Of a DNA stretch of 64,000 bases, positions 6,915 through 16,598 are shown in pieces; position 1 is the first letter of the stretch; each line of letters begins with the position of its first letter. This DNA is from Dehalococcoidia bacterium. Lineage in GTDB: Bacteria > Chloroflexota > Dehalococcoidia > Lucifugimonadales > VXLM01. Below the pieces are notes generated by a model that was given only the letters and a program-made list of their open reading frames with translations, was not told the origin of the DNA and ran no database searches. A program made the position numbers and the translations under genes. The stretch is from positions 2,388,507 through 2,452,506 of the forward strand of contig OY759598.1 of NCBI GenBank assembly GCA_963662435.1, given 5' to 3'.

Positions 6915-9734
6915 ATGGCAGAAAAACTCAAGCACGGATCGATGGAACACGCGCAAGTGAGAGATCGTGTCTCCCAGGTGTACCTGGGCCTCGTCGACTG
7001 GGGCCCCATGGGCGACGTCCTTCGCCGCAGGGTCGACTGGATGGTTGAGCAAGCCCAAGGACCCAGAGTGTTGGACGTGGGCTGCAGCGAAGGGATACTG
7101 GAGGTGCTGCTCGCACGCCGGGGAATCGACGTTACGGGTGTGGAGGTGAAACCCGATGCCCTGGAATTCGCTTACGAACTGCTTGCCAAAGAGCCGGAAG
7201 ACGTACGCAGTTGCGCGACGCTGATTCAAGGGGACTTCATCTCCGGCCGACCGGTGACCGGTCAATTCGACACCGTAGTCCTGGGAGAGATTCTCGAACA
7301 TCTCCACGATCCCGGTCCGCTGCTGGAGCGGAGCCTGGAGCACCTACTCCCAGGTGGGCTGCTTGTCATTACGACACCCTTTGGACTACATCCCCACGAA
7401 GACCACCATCAGACCTTTTACCTTACGGACATGATAGATGCGCTCAAACCGAGGCTGGCACTTGAGCACATCAGCGTGGAAGACAGCTATATCCGCTTCG
7501 TTGGCAGCATGTTGGAGGACAACGAGTCGACCTGGGAGGGGCTCGATGCTGAGGCGGTCTTGTCTATGACACAGACAGCGCTCGTCGCTTCACACACAAG
7601 GCTGGACGAAATGCTGACGAAGCGAGAGAGGCGAATCGAGGAACTTGAAGACCAGAGAAAAAGCTTGGAAGAAAGGTTGGACGCCGACCGGAACATTATC
7701 CAGGATCTGAATCGACAGGTCAGTTTTGACCGCATGGCACTTGGGCGGCTTAAGAGGAACCTCGAGGCCAAGACTGGAGAGGTCCGCGTGCTGAGGCACC
7801 GGCTCCAAGCGGCGTACTCAAGTACATCGTTCCTTGCCGGTGCAGCATTGGTGCGTGCCTCCAAAAGGCCGCAAACGATTTGGAAGCTCCCTTTCGAGAT
7901 GCTGCGTCTATATGGTTCCGCATCCAATCGTTCGGCGGACGTAACGCCAGCCGAAGACTTGGCCGAGCGATACAAGCACATTCCCAAGAGTCTGAACCTC
8001 GATGTTTCGGATTTCTTGAGTTACCCGCCGATGGTCATACCTGAGGCTAAGCCTGAGGGTCCGCCTATCGCAGCCATCCTCGACGCCTTCACAGAATACT
8101 CTCTCCGCTATGAAGCAAATCTCTTGCTACTGTCGCTTGAGAACTGGCGTGACCAAATGGAGAAGACCCGGCCCGCCTTCCTCTTTGTAGAGTCCGCCTT
8201 CAGCGGCAACAATCGTGAGTGGCGGCACAAGATTGTTGGCTACGAGAATCTTGAGGACAATCCGCTCCGAGAGTTGCTGCAATACTGTCGTTCGAAGGGG
8301 ATCCCAACGGTATTCTGGAACAAGGAAGACCCACCACACTTTAATGACTTTATCGGAGCCGCCAGGGAATTCGACTATATCTTCACGTCCGATGAGCCCA
8401 GTGTCCCGCTCTATGAGGAGACCTTGGGGCATGACCGGATCTACGTACTCCCTTTTGCCGCCCAGCCTCGGCTACACAACCCGTCTCAGGAAGAAGGCTG
8501 GCCGAATTACCCCGTCTTCTTTCCGGGAAGCTGGCTCCAGCATAGGTTCCCTGAACGATCACAGGCGCTCCAGAATCTGTTAGACCCAGCCCTTCCGCTT
8601 GGTCTGCATATATTCGACCGCAACCTCACACGGAGCGACCTAGGGCCATTCTATCGATTCCCAGACAAGTATAGACAAGCAATCAAGGGCTACCTCACAT
8701 ACCAAGAGATGCTGACGGCATACCGCTGCTATGACGTTCTGTTGAACGTGAACACCGTAAGCGATTCCCCAACGATGTTCTCCCGCCGAGTCTTTGAGAG
8801 TCTCGCGTGCGGGACTCCCGTGATCTCCTCAGAGTCGGTGGGAATGAGCCGGATGCTGGGAGACCATGTAAGAGTTTCGCGAAGTAAGGAAGACACAATT
8901 GACCACCTTCTGGATCTCATGGGTGATGAGGAGGCGCGGGAACGCGAGGGGCATCTTGCTTACCGATTCGTCCATGAGAACCATACCTACCGACATCGGA
9001 TGAACGAAGTCTTCCGAAACATCGGTATGGAATCGCTCGTTACCGAACAGCCGTCGGTGAGCGTCCTTATGCCCACCATGCGTCCCGAAAACGTGCTTCG
9101 GTGCCTCGAGAATTTCAGAAAGCAGACGTACGGGAATAAGGAGCTGATCCTCATCCTGAACAATGCGCAGTTCAATCTCGATGACGTCCGAATGCACACC
9201 GACGGCATTCCCAACGTGCAGGTGCTACACGTCGAGGGGCGCACGACCTTGGGAGACTGTCTCAACAGGGGAGTGGCGGCGGCAGCGGGCAACTACGTTG
9301 CCAAGATGGACGATGACGACTATTACGGAGAACGGTTCTTGTCCGACAGTATGCTCGCAGCCTCTTTTTCGGATGCGGAGGTCGTTGGGAAGGCATCGTT
9401 TTTCATGTATTTCGAGGATACTGACACCACTGCCCTGGCTGAAGTTGCTCGTGAACACACGTTCACCCATTTCGTAACTGGGGGGACGATGTTCATACGG
9501 TCCGACGTTGCCGGCGAAATACCATTCGACCCGATTTCGCTGAGGGAAGATACGAACTTCCTGCACGCCGCGACACAGGCCGGGTGCCGCATCTATGCCG
9601 CGGACCGGTACAACTTCATCAGGGTACGGTCGGACGATTTGTCCAATCATGCGGACCCGACACCGGATACGGAGTTCCTCAGGCGGTGCAGAGCGAAGAC
9701 GCCCGGCCTGGACCTGGACCGCGTGATGATATGA
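6915..9734 (+). CDS. Multidomain glycan enzyme: SAM methyltransferase + coiled coil + CgeB/GT-B-like glycosyltransferase + GT2-like domain
   Basis: VLDVGCSEG; heptad-rich segment ~aa 225-300; FWNKEDPPHF and RRVFESLACGTPVIS; SVLMPTMRP...KMDDDDYYG. Confidence 0.85.
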   Translation: MAEKLKHGSMEHAQVRDRVSQVYLGLVDWGPMGDVLRRRVDWMVEQAQGPRVLDVGCSEGILEVLLARRGIDVTGVEVKPDALEFAYELLAKEPEDVRSCATLIQGDFISGRPVTGQFDTVVLGEILEHLHDPGPLLERSLEHLLPGGLLVITTPFGLHPHEDHHQTFYLTDMIDALKPRLALEHISVEDSYIRFVGSMLEDNESTWEGLDAEAVLSMTQTALVASHTRLDEMLTKRERRIEELEDQRKSLEERLDADRNIIQDLNRQVSFDRMALGRLKRNLEAKTGEVRVLRHRLQAAYSSTSFLAGAALVRASKRPQTIWKLPFEMLRLYGSASNRSADVTPAEDLAERYKHIPKSLNLDVSDFLSYPPMVIPEAKPEGPPIAAILDAFTEYSLRYEANLLLLSLENWRDQMEKTRPAFLFVESAFSGNNREWRHKIVGYENLEDNPLRELLQYCRSKGIPTVFWNKEDPPHFNDFIGAAREFDYIFTSDEPSVPLYEETLGHDRIYVLPFAAQPRLHNPSQEEGWPNYPVFFPGSWLQHRFPERSQALQNLLDPALPLGLHIFDRNLTRSDLGPFYRFPDKYRQAIKGYLTYQEMLTAYRCYDVLLNVNTVSDSPTMFSRRVFESLACGTPVISSESVGMSRMLGDHVRVSRSKEDTIDHLLDLMGDEEAREREGHLAYRFVHENHTYRHRMNEVFRNIGMESLVTEQPSVSVLMPTMRPENVLRCLENFRKQTYGNKELILILNNAQFNLDDVRMHTDGIPNVQVLHVEGRTTLGDCLNRGVAAAAGNYVAKMDDDDYYGERFLSDSMLAASFSDAEVVGKASFFMYFEDTDTTALAEVAREHTFTHFVTGGTMFIRSDVAGEIPFDPISLREDTNFLHAATQAGCRIYAADRYNFIRVRSDDLSNHADPTPDTEFLRRCRAKTPGLDLDRVMI

Positions 9735-12589
9735 CGAACAATGTCTCGACCGATCTTCCGGCGAGGGACTGCGTATCGCAAGTATATCTTGGATTGCTAG
9801 ACGTGGGGCCGGCCGGCAACTGGCTGCGTCGCCGGATCGACTGGACCGCGCAAGAGACCAATGGACCTCATGTGCTTGACGTGGGCTGCAGCGAAGGCAT
9901 TCTGGCAGTCCTGTTGGCTCGACGCGGGACAAACGTCACCGGAGTTGATAGAGACTCCGATGCCCTTGACTTTGCACGTGATCTGCTGTCCAAGGAGCCG
10001 GACGAGGTTCGAGGGAGGGTCAATCTCGTCCAGGGTGATTTAATCTCGACAAAGCAGGTGACCGGACTATTCGACACGTTGGTGATGGGAAACCTGCTTG
10101 AAGGTCTCGACGATCCGGTCGCGATGCTTGATCGGGGACTGGAGCACCTACGTCCGGGAGGTCGTGTCATCCTCACGATTCCTTTTGGGGTGCAGCCGCT
10201 TGAATACCATCGCAGGAGTATTCGTTTGCCGGAACTCGTCCTTCTCCTCAGACCAAGATTTGGGCTGGAGTCGCTGAGTATTACAGATAATCACATTCGA
10301 TTCGTGGGCCACCTCGCGGAAGACAATGATGTGTCCTGGCGGCAACTCGATGACGAGGCGGTCATGTCGATGACGTACGAAGCGCTGGAGGCATCGCAGA
10401 GGAACTTATACGAGACGCTGGAAAGGCAAGGAGGGCGGTTTGATCGACTCCAGCAGCGACTCAGGCAGCAAGTGGAGGTGGACCGGGCGACTCAGCGCAA
10501 GATAAGCACCACGATTCAGCAGAATAAACGGCTGGAATTTCGCTCGAAGTTGGACCGACTCACAATCACTCCGCTCAAGGAGAAAGTCGCGTCAACAACC
10601 CGAGAGTTGCGGACAAGAACAATAGAATTGCGAACCACGAGCAAGCAACTTCAGACAACACTCGCGAGCACCTCGCTTCGGCTCGGTTCAACGTTGGTGG
10701 GGACTGCGCAGAGGCCGCTCACGTTGTGGAAACTACCCTCCGAGCTCCTGAGGTTGTACCGAACCCGATCCTCAAAGCCGCCAGTGGAATTGCTGATTCC
10801 CCAGGACTCGAATGATTCTGAATTTCCCGATCCTGAAGAAGCCTATCCGGATCCCTCCCAGTTTATCAATTTCCCGCTCCTGCCAATTCCGGATGCACAG
10901 ACAACCGAACCTACGATAGCAGCCATCCTTGACACATTCACGGAGTACGCTCTTCGGCATGAAGTTGGGCTCGTGCAATTGTCGCCCAGAAGCTGGCGCC
11001 TCCAAATGGAAAAGAATCTTCCGGTATGCCTGTTCGTTGAGTCGGCGTGGTGGGGGAATAATGGCGTATGGCGTAATCGGATCGCCGGGTACGGGAGCAT
11101 GGAAGAGGACAATCCACTACGCGAAGTCCTCGCATATTGTCGTTCCAAGGAGATTCCGACGGTATTCTGGAACAAGGAAGACCCTCCACATTTCGACAAC
11201 TTTATCGGAGCCGCCAGAGAATTTGACTATGTATTCACTTCGGATGCGGATTGTGTACCACGATACAAGGAAGTGCTAGGGCACGACCGGATATTTGTAC
11301 TGCCATTCGCGGCGGCCACGAGAATTCATAACCCTTCCCGTGAGAAGAGCTGGCCCACCTACCCCGTTTGCTTTGCAGGCAGTTGGGTGTCACAAAGGTA
11401 TGCCGAACGAGCCGAGTCGCTCCGACTGCTCTTGGACTCTGCCTTGCCAAGAGGACTGCACATATTCGACCGAAACCTGACAAGGTCGGATTACGGGGAA
11501 GACTATCGCTTCCCAGACCGTTACAAGGATGTGATAAAGGGCAACCTCACTTATGAAGAGATGTTGACTGCCTACCGCTGCTACGACGTGATGCTGAACG
11601 TCAATACGGTCACCGATTCTCCAACGATGTTTGCCCGCCGCGTCTTCGAGAGCCTGGCGTGTGGAACGCCGGTGATTTCGTCTGCGTCCTTAGGCATGAG
11701 CCGGATGCTGGGGGACCATGTTCGAGTCGCCCAGCGCGAGGAAGAGGCAGCCGGTCACCTCAAAGAGTTGTTGGAGGACGAGGAGGCACGTGTTCGGGAG
11801 GGGCATTTAGCTTACCGTCACATACATGAGAACCACACCTACCGACACAGGATGAACGAGGTATTCAGCAGGGTCGGCCTGGAACCGCTGGTCTCGGAGC
11901 AACCACCGGTCAGTGTCCTGATGCCTACTATGCGTCCAGCCAACGTGGCGCATTGCCTCGAGAATTTCAAGCGGCAAGCATACCAGAACAAAGAGCTGAT
12001 CCTAATTCTGAACAACGCGGAGTTCGACATTAACGCAATCCGTAGGGAGGTCGAGGAGATACCGAACGCACAGGTTCTCCATGTGGAGGGGCGCACGACC
12101 CTGGGGGACTGCCTGAACCTCGGAGTGGAAGCAGCATCGGGCAAGTACATCGCCGAGATGGATGACGACGATTACTACGGGGAGCGCTACCTGTCTGACA
12201 ATGTCCTCGCGGCCTCATTCTCGGATGCCGAGATAGTGGGAAAGGGGGCGTGCTACGTATACCTCGTGGGTACCGAAGCCACGGCCCTGAGAGAGACAAG
12301 CCCTGAGCACACATTCACATCTTCAGTAGTAGCGGGCAACACGATACTCGTCCAGACAGACGTAGCCAGGGACGTGATGTTTGCTCCCCTCGTAAGGGGA
12401 GAGGATACGGACTTTCAACGCAGAGCTACCTGGGCCGGATGCCGGATCTATTCGACAGACCGTTTCAACTACCTTCGGGTCTGGGACTACAAGGTGTCCG
12501 AACACACCTGGAAGATCTCCGACGCTGAATTTCGAGAGAAGTGCCGGGACTATACGCCCGGCCTGGACTTGGACCGTGTGATGATATGA
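9731..12589 (+). CDS. Tandem paralog of 6915-9734 (methyltransferase + coiled coil + two GT domains)
   Basis: Same domain order and motifs. The likely start is the ATG at 9731 overlapping the upstream TGA (ATGA), not 9584. Both proteins end GLDLDRVMI. Confidence 0.85.
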   Translation: MTNNVSTDLPARDCVSQVYLGLLDVGPAGNWLRRRIDWTAQETNGPHVLDVGCSEGILAVLLARRGTNVTGVDRDSDALDFARDLLSKEPDEVRGRVNLVQGDLISTKQVTGLFDTLVMGNLLEGLDDPVAMLDRGLEHLRPGGRVILTIPFGVQPLEYHRRSIRLPELVLLLRPRFGLESLSITDNHIRFVGHLAEDNDVSWRQLDDEAVMSMTYEALEASQRNLYETLERQGGRFDRLQQRLRQQVEVDRATQRKISTTIQQNKRLEFRSKLDRLTITPLKEKVASTTRELRTRTIELRTTSKQLQTTLASTSLRLGSTLVGTAQRPLTLWKLPSELLRLYRTRSSKPPVELLIPQDSNDSEFPDPEEAYPDPSQFINFPLLPIPDAQTTEPTIAAILDTFTEYALRHEVGLVQLSPRSWRLQMEKNLPVCLFVESAWWGNNGVWRNRIAGYGSMEEDNPLREVLAYCRSKEIPTVFWNKEDPPHFDNFIGAAREFDYVFTSDADCVPRYKEVLGHDRIFVLPFAAATRIHNPSREKSWPTYPVCFAGSWVSQRYAERAESLRLLLDSALPRGLHIFDRNLTRSDYGEDYRFPDRYKDVIKGNLTYEEMLTAYRCYDVMLNVNTVTDSPTMFARRVFESLACGTPVISSASLGMSRMLGDHVRVAQREEEAAGHLKELLEDEEARVREGHLAYRHIHENHTYRHRMNEVFSRVGLEPLVSEQPPVSVLMPTMRPANVAHCLENFKRQAYQNKELILILNNAEFDINAIRREVEEIPNAQVLHVEGRTTLGDCLNLGVEAASGKYIAEMDDDDYYGERYLSDNVLAASFSDAEIVGKGACYVYLVGTEATALRETSPEHTFTSSVVAGNTILVQTDVARDVMFAPLVRGEDTDFQRRATWAGCRIYSTDRFNYLRVWDYKVSEHTWKISDAEFREKCRDYTPGLDLDRVMI

Positions 12590-13131
12590 CGAAGGTGTTG
12601 CTCGCCACACTCATCGTCTTGGCGCTGGGATGTGGAGAGTCTGGTCCGGTATCAATTCAAGAGACTGAGTCGGCGAATAACGACCAGGTACGAAATCAAG
12701 CACCAACCGCCAATTCACAAGACCCGATTCGCCCTCCGGCAAGCTGGCAGTTTCAGACCAACGTCGGGCCGAAAGTGACCGAACTGTCCTTGGGCCGCAA
12801 GCCGGGCGGTCCGTGGAAGTTTCAACCTCGTAACGACAAGCCGGAATGGGATGCCTCTCTCCCGAACGATTGGTCTGCCGATCCCTTCGAAGATCTCAAT
12901 TGGCAGTATCATCTTCACTCCTGGCGCTCAATGGAGTATTGGCTGAATGATTTTCTCCGAACCAACGATGTTGATCTTCTCCTGAGTCCTATTGATATAG
13001 CCCTTGACTGGCATCGATTCCACATCGAGGAGGGCAGGAACAGTCACTTTCAGTGGCACGATCACGCGACCGGAGTACGCGCATCTCGGCTGGCCTTTCT
13101 CCTCGAGTTCATTCTGGATGACGAAATAGAG
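12586..13131 (+). pseudogene. Heparinase II/III-family lipoprotein, 5' part (interrupted by IS1595)
   Basis: Lipobox MTKVLLATLIVLALG|C; DWSADPF..NWQYHLHSW and WHDHATGVRA typical of the N-terminal domain; ends at the target-site duplication after 182 codons. Confidence 0.8.
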
Positions 13132-13161
13132 GGGAATTATATACTTGACTCCCACGTGATG
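13132..13161 (+). repeat. Left terminal inverted repeat
   Basis: GGGAATTATATACTTGACTCCCACGTGATG. Confidence 0.95.
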
Positions 13162-13173
13162 GCGTGATACAAT
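13145..13173 (+). promoter_or_regulatory. Sigma70-type promoter of the element, with the -35 box inside the left TIR
   Basis: TTGACT-N17-TACAAT with extended -10 TG; RBS AAGGAG at 13182 before ATG 13196. Confidence 0.7.
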
Positions 13174-13195
13174 CTCCCCATAAGGAGATTGAGAC

Positions 13196-14125
13196 ATGGC
13201 ACACGGCGAGACGACTATCAGCACCTTTGAATTCCTCGACATGATACCCGATGCCGAGGCCGCCCGTCTCTACCTTGAGGAGCGGCGTTGGCACGGTTCC
13301 CCTACCTGCCCGCTATGCGGGGCGTTTGAGAAGATCACCGCGCGGACTGGCAAGCGAATCGGCTATTACCGTTGCCACGACTGCGCCGGTGAGTTCACCG
13401 TCCGCACTGGCACGATCTTCGAGCGTTCCCACGTCCCATTGAACAAGTGGGTCTACACCATGTATCTAGTGGTGACGGCTCGCAAGGGTATTTCGTCGCT
13501 CCAGCTCTCAAAGGAGATCGGTGTGACGCAAAAGACTGCGTGGTTCATGCTGGGTCGTCTCCGTGAAGCTGTTGGCGACGATGATGACACGCTGAGCGGT
13601 ATCGTCGAAGTGGACGAGACGTACATCGGCGGCAAGGAGTCCAACAAGCATGAGTCCAAGAAACGCCACAACGGACGCGGGCCGGTTGGCAAGGCGACCG
13701 TGCTCGGAATGAGACAGCGTGGTGGAAGGTCGAAGGCTCAACCGATTACAGGGACCGACAGCGAGACGCTCCGAGCGACTATCGAGCAACACGTAGAGGC
13801 GGGCTCGACGGTCTACACGGACGAGCATCGTGGATACAACAACCTGCACGACTACTCACGAGGGACGGTCAACCACGGCGCGAAAGAGTACGTCGGAGCG
13901 GGTGACATTCATATCAACTCTGCAGAGTCCATGTGGGCAGTTCTCAAGAGGAGCATCTATGGGACTTGGCACCATGTGAGCGTCAAACACCTGGAACGCT
14001 ACGTGAATGAAGCGACATTCCGACTGAACGAGGGGAATGTTCAGTATCACACCCTAGACCGTCTCGCGGCGTTCATCGAAAGCGCGTTCGGCGCGCGCAT
14101 CACCTATGAGGAGTTGACAGCATGA
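13196..14125 (+). CDS. IS1595-family (ISXO2-like) DDE transposase
   Basis: Zn ribbon CPLC...CHDC, HTH GISSLQLSKEIGVTQKTAW, VEVDETYIGG, YTDE, VNH, HINSAES, RYVNEATFRLN. Confidence 0.95.
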   Translation: MAHGETTISTFEFLDMIPDAEAARLYLEERRWHGSPTCPLCGAFEKITARTGKRIGYYRCHDCAGEFTVRTGTIFERSHVPLNKWVYTMYLVVTARKGISSLQLSKEIGVTQKTAWFMLGRLREAVGDDDDTLSGIVEVDETYIGGKESNKHESKKRHNGRGPVGKATVLGMRQRGGRSKAQPITGTDSETLRATIEQHVEAGSTVYTDEHRGYNNLHDYSRGTVNHGAKEYVGAGDIHINSAESMWAVLKRSIYGTWHHVSVKHLERYVNEATFRLNEGNVQYHTLDRLAAFIESAFGARITYEELTA

Positions 14126-15081
14126 ACAAGGCCGCACTGGACGCAATCACAGACAAGGTACTGGCACACGGGACGACCGCAAAGCAGCCCCTCAAGGTCA
14201 TAGCTGGGGAGCCGGGCAGTCCCCTTGTCATCGGGGACATCGAGATACCCTGCTACGTCTTGGAGGACGAAACGCGGGTACTGAGCCAACGAGGGTTTTT
14301 GGGTTCTTTGGGGATGTCTGTAGGAGGTGTCGTAAATAGGAAGGACGGCGCGCCCCAATTGGCTATTTTCACGCGGAGTAACGCCCTTGCGCCGCATGTT
14401 ACAGGGGAAACTCTCGCGCGCACGTATACTCCTATTGAGTTCACTCCTCCACACGGCGGTCGTACAGCATATGGCTATCCCGCAACTTTACTCACCGATC
14501 TCTGTGATGCGATTCTCGCTGCGAGAGAAGCAGGCGACTTACACCCCAACCAACTCCATATCGCTAAGAGGTGCGAGGTTCTCGTCCGTGGTCTCGCTCG
14601 TGTCGGCATTATCGGCTTGGTCGATGAAGCAACGGGGTATCAGCGCATCCGCGAGGAACGCGCCCTTGCCAAAATCCTCGAGGCGTTCCTTGATGAGGAG
14701 CTACACCCGTGGACAAAGACGTTTGACTTCAGCTTCTATGAGCAGATATTTCGGCTCAGGGGTTGGGGTAGTGCAGCAGGCGTGAAACGTCCCCGAGTCA
14801 TAGGCCACTACACGAACGACCTTGTCTATGACCGCATCGCGCCGGGTGTGCTTGCCGAACTTCGGGAGCGCAACCCCGTGATGCCGCAAGGATGGAGAAA
14901 GAACAGGCATCACCAGTGGTTCACGCCTGAGTTCGGACACCCGAAGCTCTTGCAGCATATCGAGGGAGTCACCGCGCTCATGCGGGCAGCGGGTAGCTGG
15001 GAGTCCTTCAAGCGCGCCCTTGACCGTGCCTATCCGAAGACTGGCTCTCAGTTCTCGATGCCGGAGACTGAGGGCAAGTAG
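14122..15081 (+). CDS. P63C-domain protein (phage Mx8 p63-like), transposon passenger
   Basis: IPCYVLED..RVLSQRG, LARVGIIGLVDEATGYQ, W.KTF..FY.QIFRL.GW, GHYTNDLVYDRIAPGVL, RHHQW; ATGA overlap with the transposase. Confidence 0.8.
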   Translation: MNKAALDAITDKVLAHGTTAKQPLKVIAGEPGSPLVIGDIEIPCYVLEDETRVLSQRGFLGSLGMSVGGVVNRKDGAPQLAIFTRSNALAPHVTGETLARTYTPIEFTPPHGGRTAYGYPATLLTDLCDAILAAREAGDLHPNQLHIAKRCEVLVRGLARVGIIGLVDEATGYQRIREERALAKILEAFLDEELHPWTKTFDFSFYEQIFRLRGWGSAAGVKRPRVIGHYTNDLVYDRIAPGVLAELRERNPVMPQGWRKNRHHQWFTPEFGHPKLLQHIEGVTALMRAAGSWESFKRALDRAYPKTGSQFSMPETEGK

Positions 15082-15082
15082 C

Positions 15083-16555
15083 ATGGCAACACCCAACTTC
15101 GTCAACCGAACGCTTTGGACGGGCGACAATCTCGATATCCTTCGCGGCATGAATTCCGAGACGGTAGACCTTATCTACCTCGACCCGCCCTTCAACAGCA
15201 ATCAGGACTATTCGGCGCCCGTCGGGAGCGCAGCTGCGGGAGCGGCCTTCAAGGACACGTGGACACTGAGCGACGTGGACGACGCTTGGCATGGCATGAT
15301 TGCCGAGTCACACCCGGCGTTGTACGGCATCATCGACGCTGCGCGTCCGGCTCACGGTAAGGGCATGAAGTCCTACTTGATCATGATGGCCGTGCGGCTA
15401 CTGGAGTTGCACCGCGTGCTGAAAGACACCGGGAGTATCTACCTTCATTGCGACGATACGGCCAGTCACTACCTCAAGTTGCTGATGGACTCGGTGTTCG
15501 GAGCGAACCAGTTCCGCAATCACATCATTTGGAGAAGGTCAACCGCTCATAATGACCCAAAGCGATTTGGCCGGAATATCGACCACATCCTGTACTACGC
15601 CAAGAGCGCCCAGTGGACTTGGAACGGATCTGACATTGCTACGCCGAAGTCTGCCGAAGAGCTCAAGAAGGCGTATCCTCAAGCCGACGGAAGGGGCTCA
15701 GTCAGGTCGGAGAACCTTACCGGCCCCCTTCACGGCACTGCCCCAGGGTTGCCAAGCACAACCCCGTGGAAGGGTTACGACGTGTATTCCAGGGGGCGGT
15801 GCTGGTCTCCGCCAAAGACAGGGGTCTATGCCCAGTACATCGAGGAACACTTCATTCCCGGCTACCGGAGCATCGAGGGTGTCCATGAGCGTCTTGACGC
15901 GCTGGATGCAGCAGGGCTGATACACCATCCGACAACGGGCGTCTGGCCTGGACTGAAGCGCTATGCCGCTGCTGACCGTGGTAATCCGCCACAGAGCTTA
16001 GTCTTAGAGCCGACCGGATTCACGAATTACAATAAGAGCAGTGAGTGGGTGGGCTATCCCACGCAGAAACCGCTTGCCCTGCTTGAGCGGATCATCAAGG
16101 CATCCAGCAACCCTGGCGACGTGGTGCTTGATCCGTTCTGTGGATGCGCTACGGCCCTTGTAGCCGCCGAGAAGCTGGAAAGGCAGTGGGCGGGTATTGA
16201 TCTGTCACCCAAGGCTAAGGACTTGGTAGAGCTGAGGCTACGCAATGACCTGGGGCTATTTGGTCTACAGACCACCTATCGAGACGACGTTCCCCAGCGT
16301 ACCGACCTCGGACAGGTTCCTTCCTATCGGACTCAGAAGCACACCTTATTTGGCAAGCAAGAAGGATTGTGCGCCGGTTGCGAGATAATGTTCCCGTTCC
16401 GCAACTTCACGATAGACCACATCGTGCCTCAATCACGCGGGGGTACGGACCACATTGAGAATCTGCAACTCTTGTGTGGGGCTTGCAACTCCCTGAAAGG
16501 CGATAGACCCCAGGAGTACCTAGTCGCACGACTTAAGGAGATTGCGCGTGATTAG
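15083..16555 (+). CDS. N4/N6 DNA methyltransferase (beta class) fused to a C-terminal HNH endonuclease
   Basis: GDNL, IYLDPPF (motif IV), YPTQKP..LLERII..SS..GD.VLDPFCG (motif I); C-terminal CAGC...DHIVPQSRGG...NLQLLCGACN. Start is ATG 15083. Confidence 0.9.
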   Translation: MATPNFVNRTLWTGDNLDILRGMNSETVDLIYLDPPFNSNQDYSAPVGSAAAGAAFKDTWTLSDVDDAWHGMIAESHPALYGIIDAARPAHGKGMKSYLIMMAVRLLELHRVLKDTGSIYLHCDDTASHYLKLLMDSVFGANQFRNHIIWRRSTAHNDPKRFGRNIDHILYYAKSAQWTWNGSDIATPKSAEELKKAYPQADGRGSVRSENLTGPLHGTAPGLPSTTPWKGYDVYSRGRCWSPPKTGVYAQYIEEHFIPGYRSIEGVHERLDALDAAGLIHHPTTGVWPGLKRYAAADRGNPPQSLVLEPTGFTNYNKSSEWVGYPTQKPLALLERIIKASSNPGDVVLDPFCGCATALVAAEKLERQWAGIDLSPKAKDLVELRLRNDLGLFGLQTTYRDDVPQRTDLGQVPSYRTQKHTLFGKQEGLCAGCEIMFPFRNFTIDHIVPQSRGGTDHIENLQLLCGACNSLKGDRPQEYLVARLKEIARD

Positions 16556-16560
16556 GCTTG

Positions 16561-16590
16561 CATCACGTGGGAGTCAAGTATATAGTTCCC
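16561..16590 (-). repeat. Right terminal inverted repeat
   Basis: CATCACGTGGGAGTCAAGTATATAGTTCCC, 29/30 match to the reverse complement of the left TIR. Confidence 0.95.
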
Positions 16591-16598
16591 AAATAGAG

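Larger units (their letters stand above)
13132..16590 (+). mobile_element. Complete IS1595-family transposon (3,459 bp) with two passenger genes
   Basis: 30-bp TIRs with 1 mismatch; 8-bp direct repeat AAATAGAG at 13124-13131 and 16591-16598; DDE transposase; removing the element restores an in-frame gene. Confidence 0.95.

Noticed and set aside
9584..9730. 49-aa N-terminal extension of the second glycosyltransferase
   Set aside because: It overlaps the upstream gene; the ATGA-coupled start at 9731 aligns with the paralog's N-terminus.
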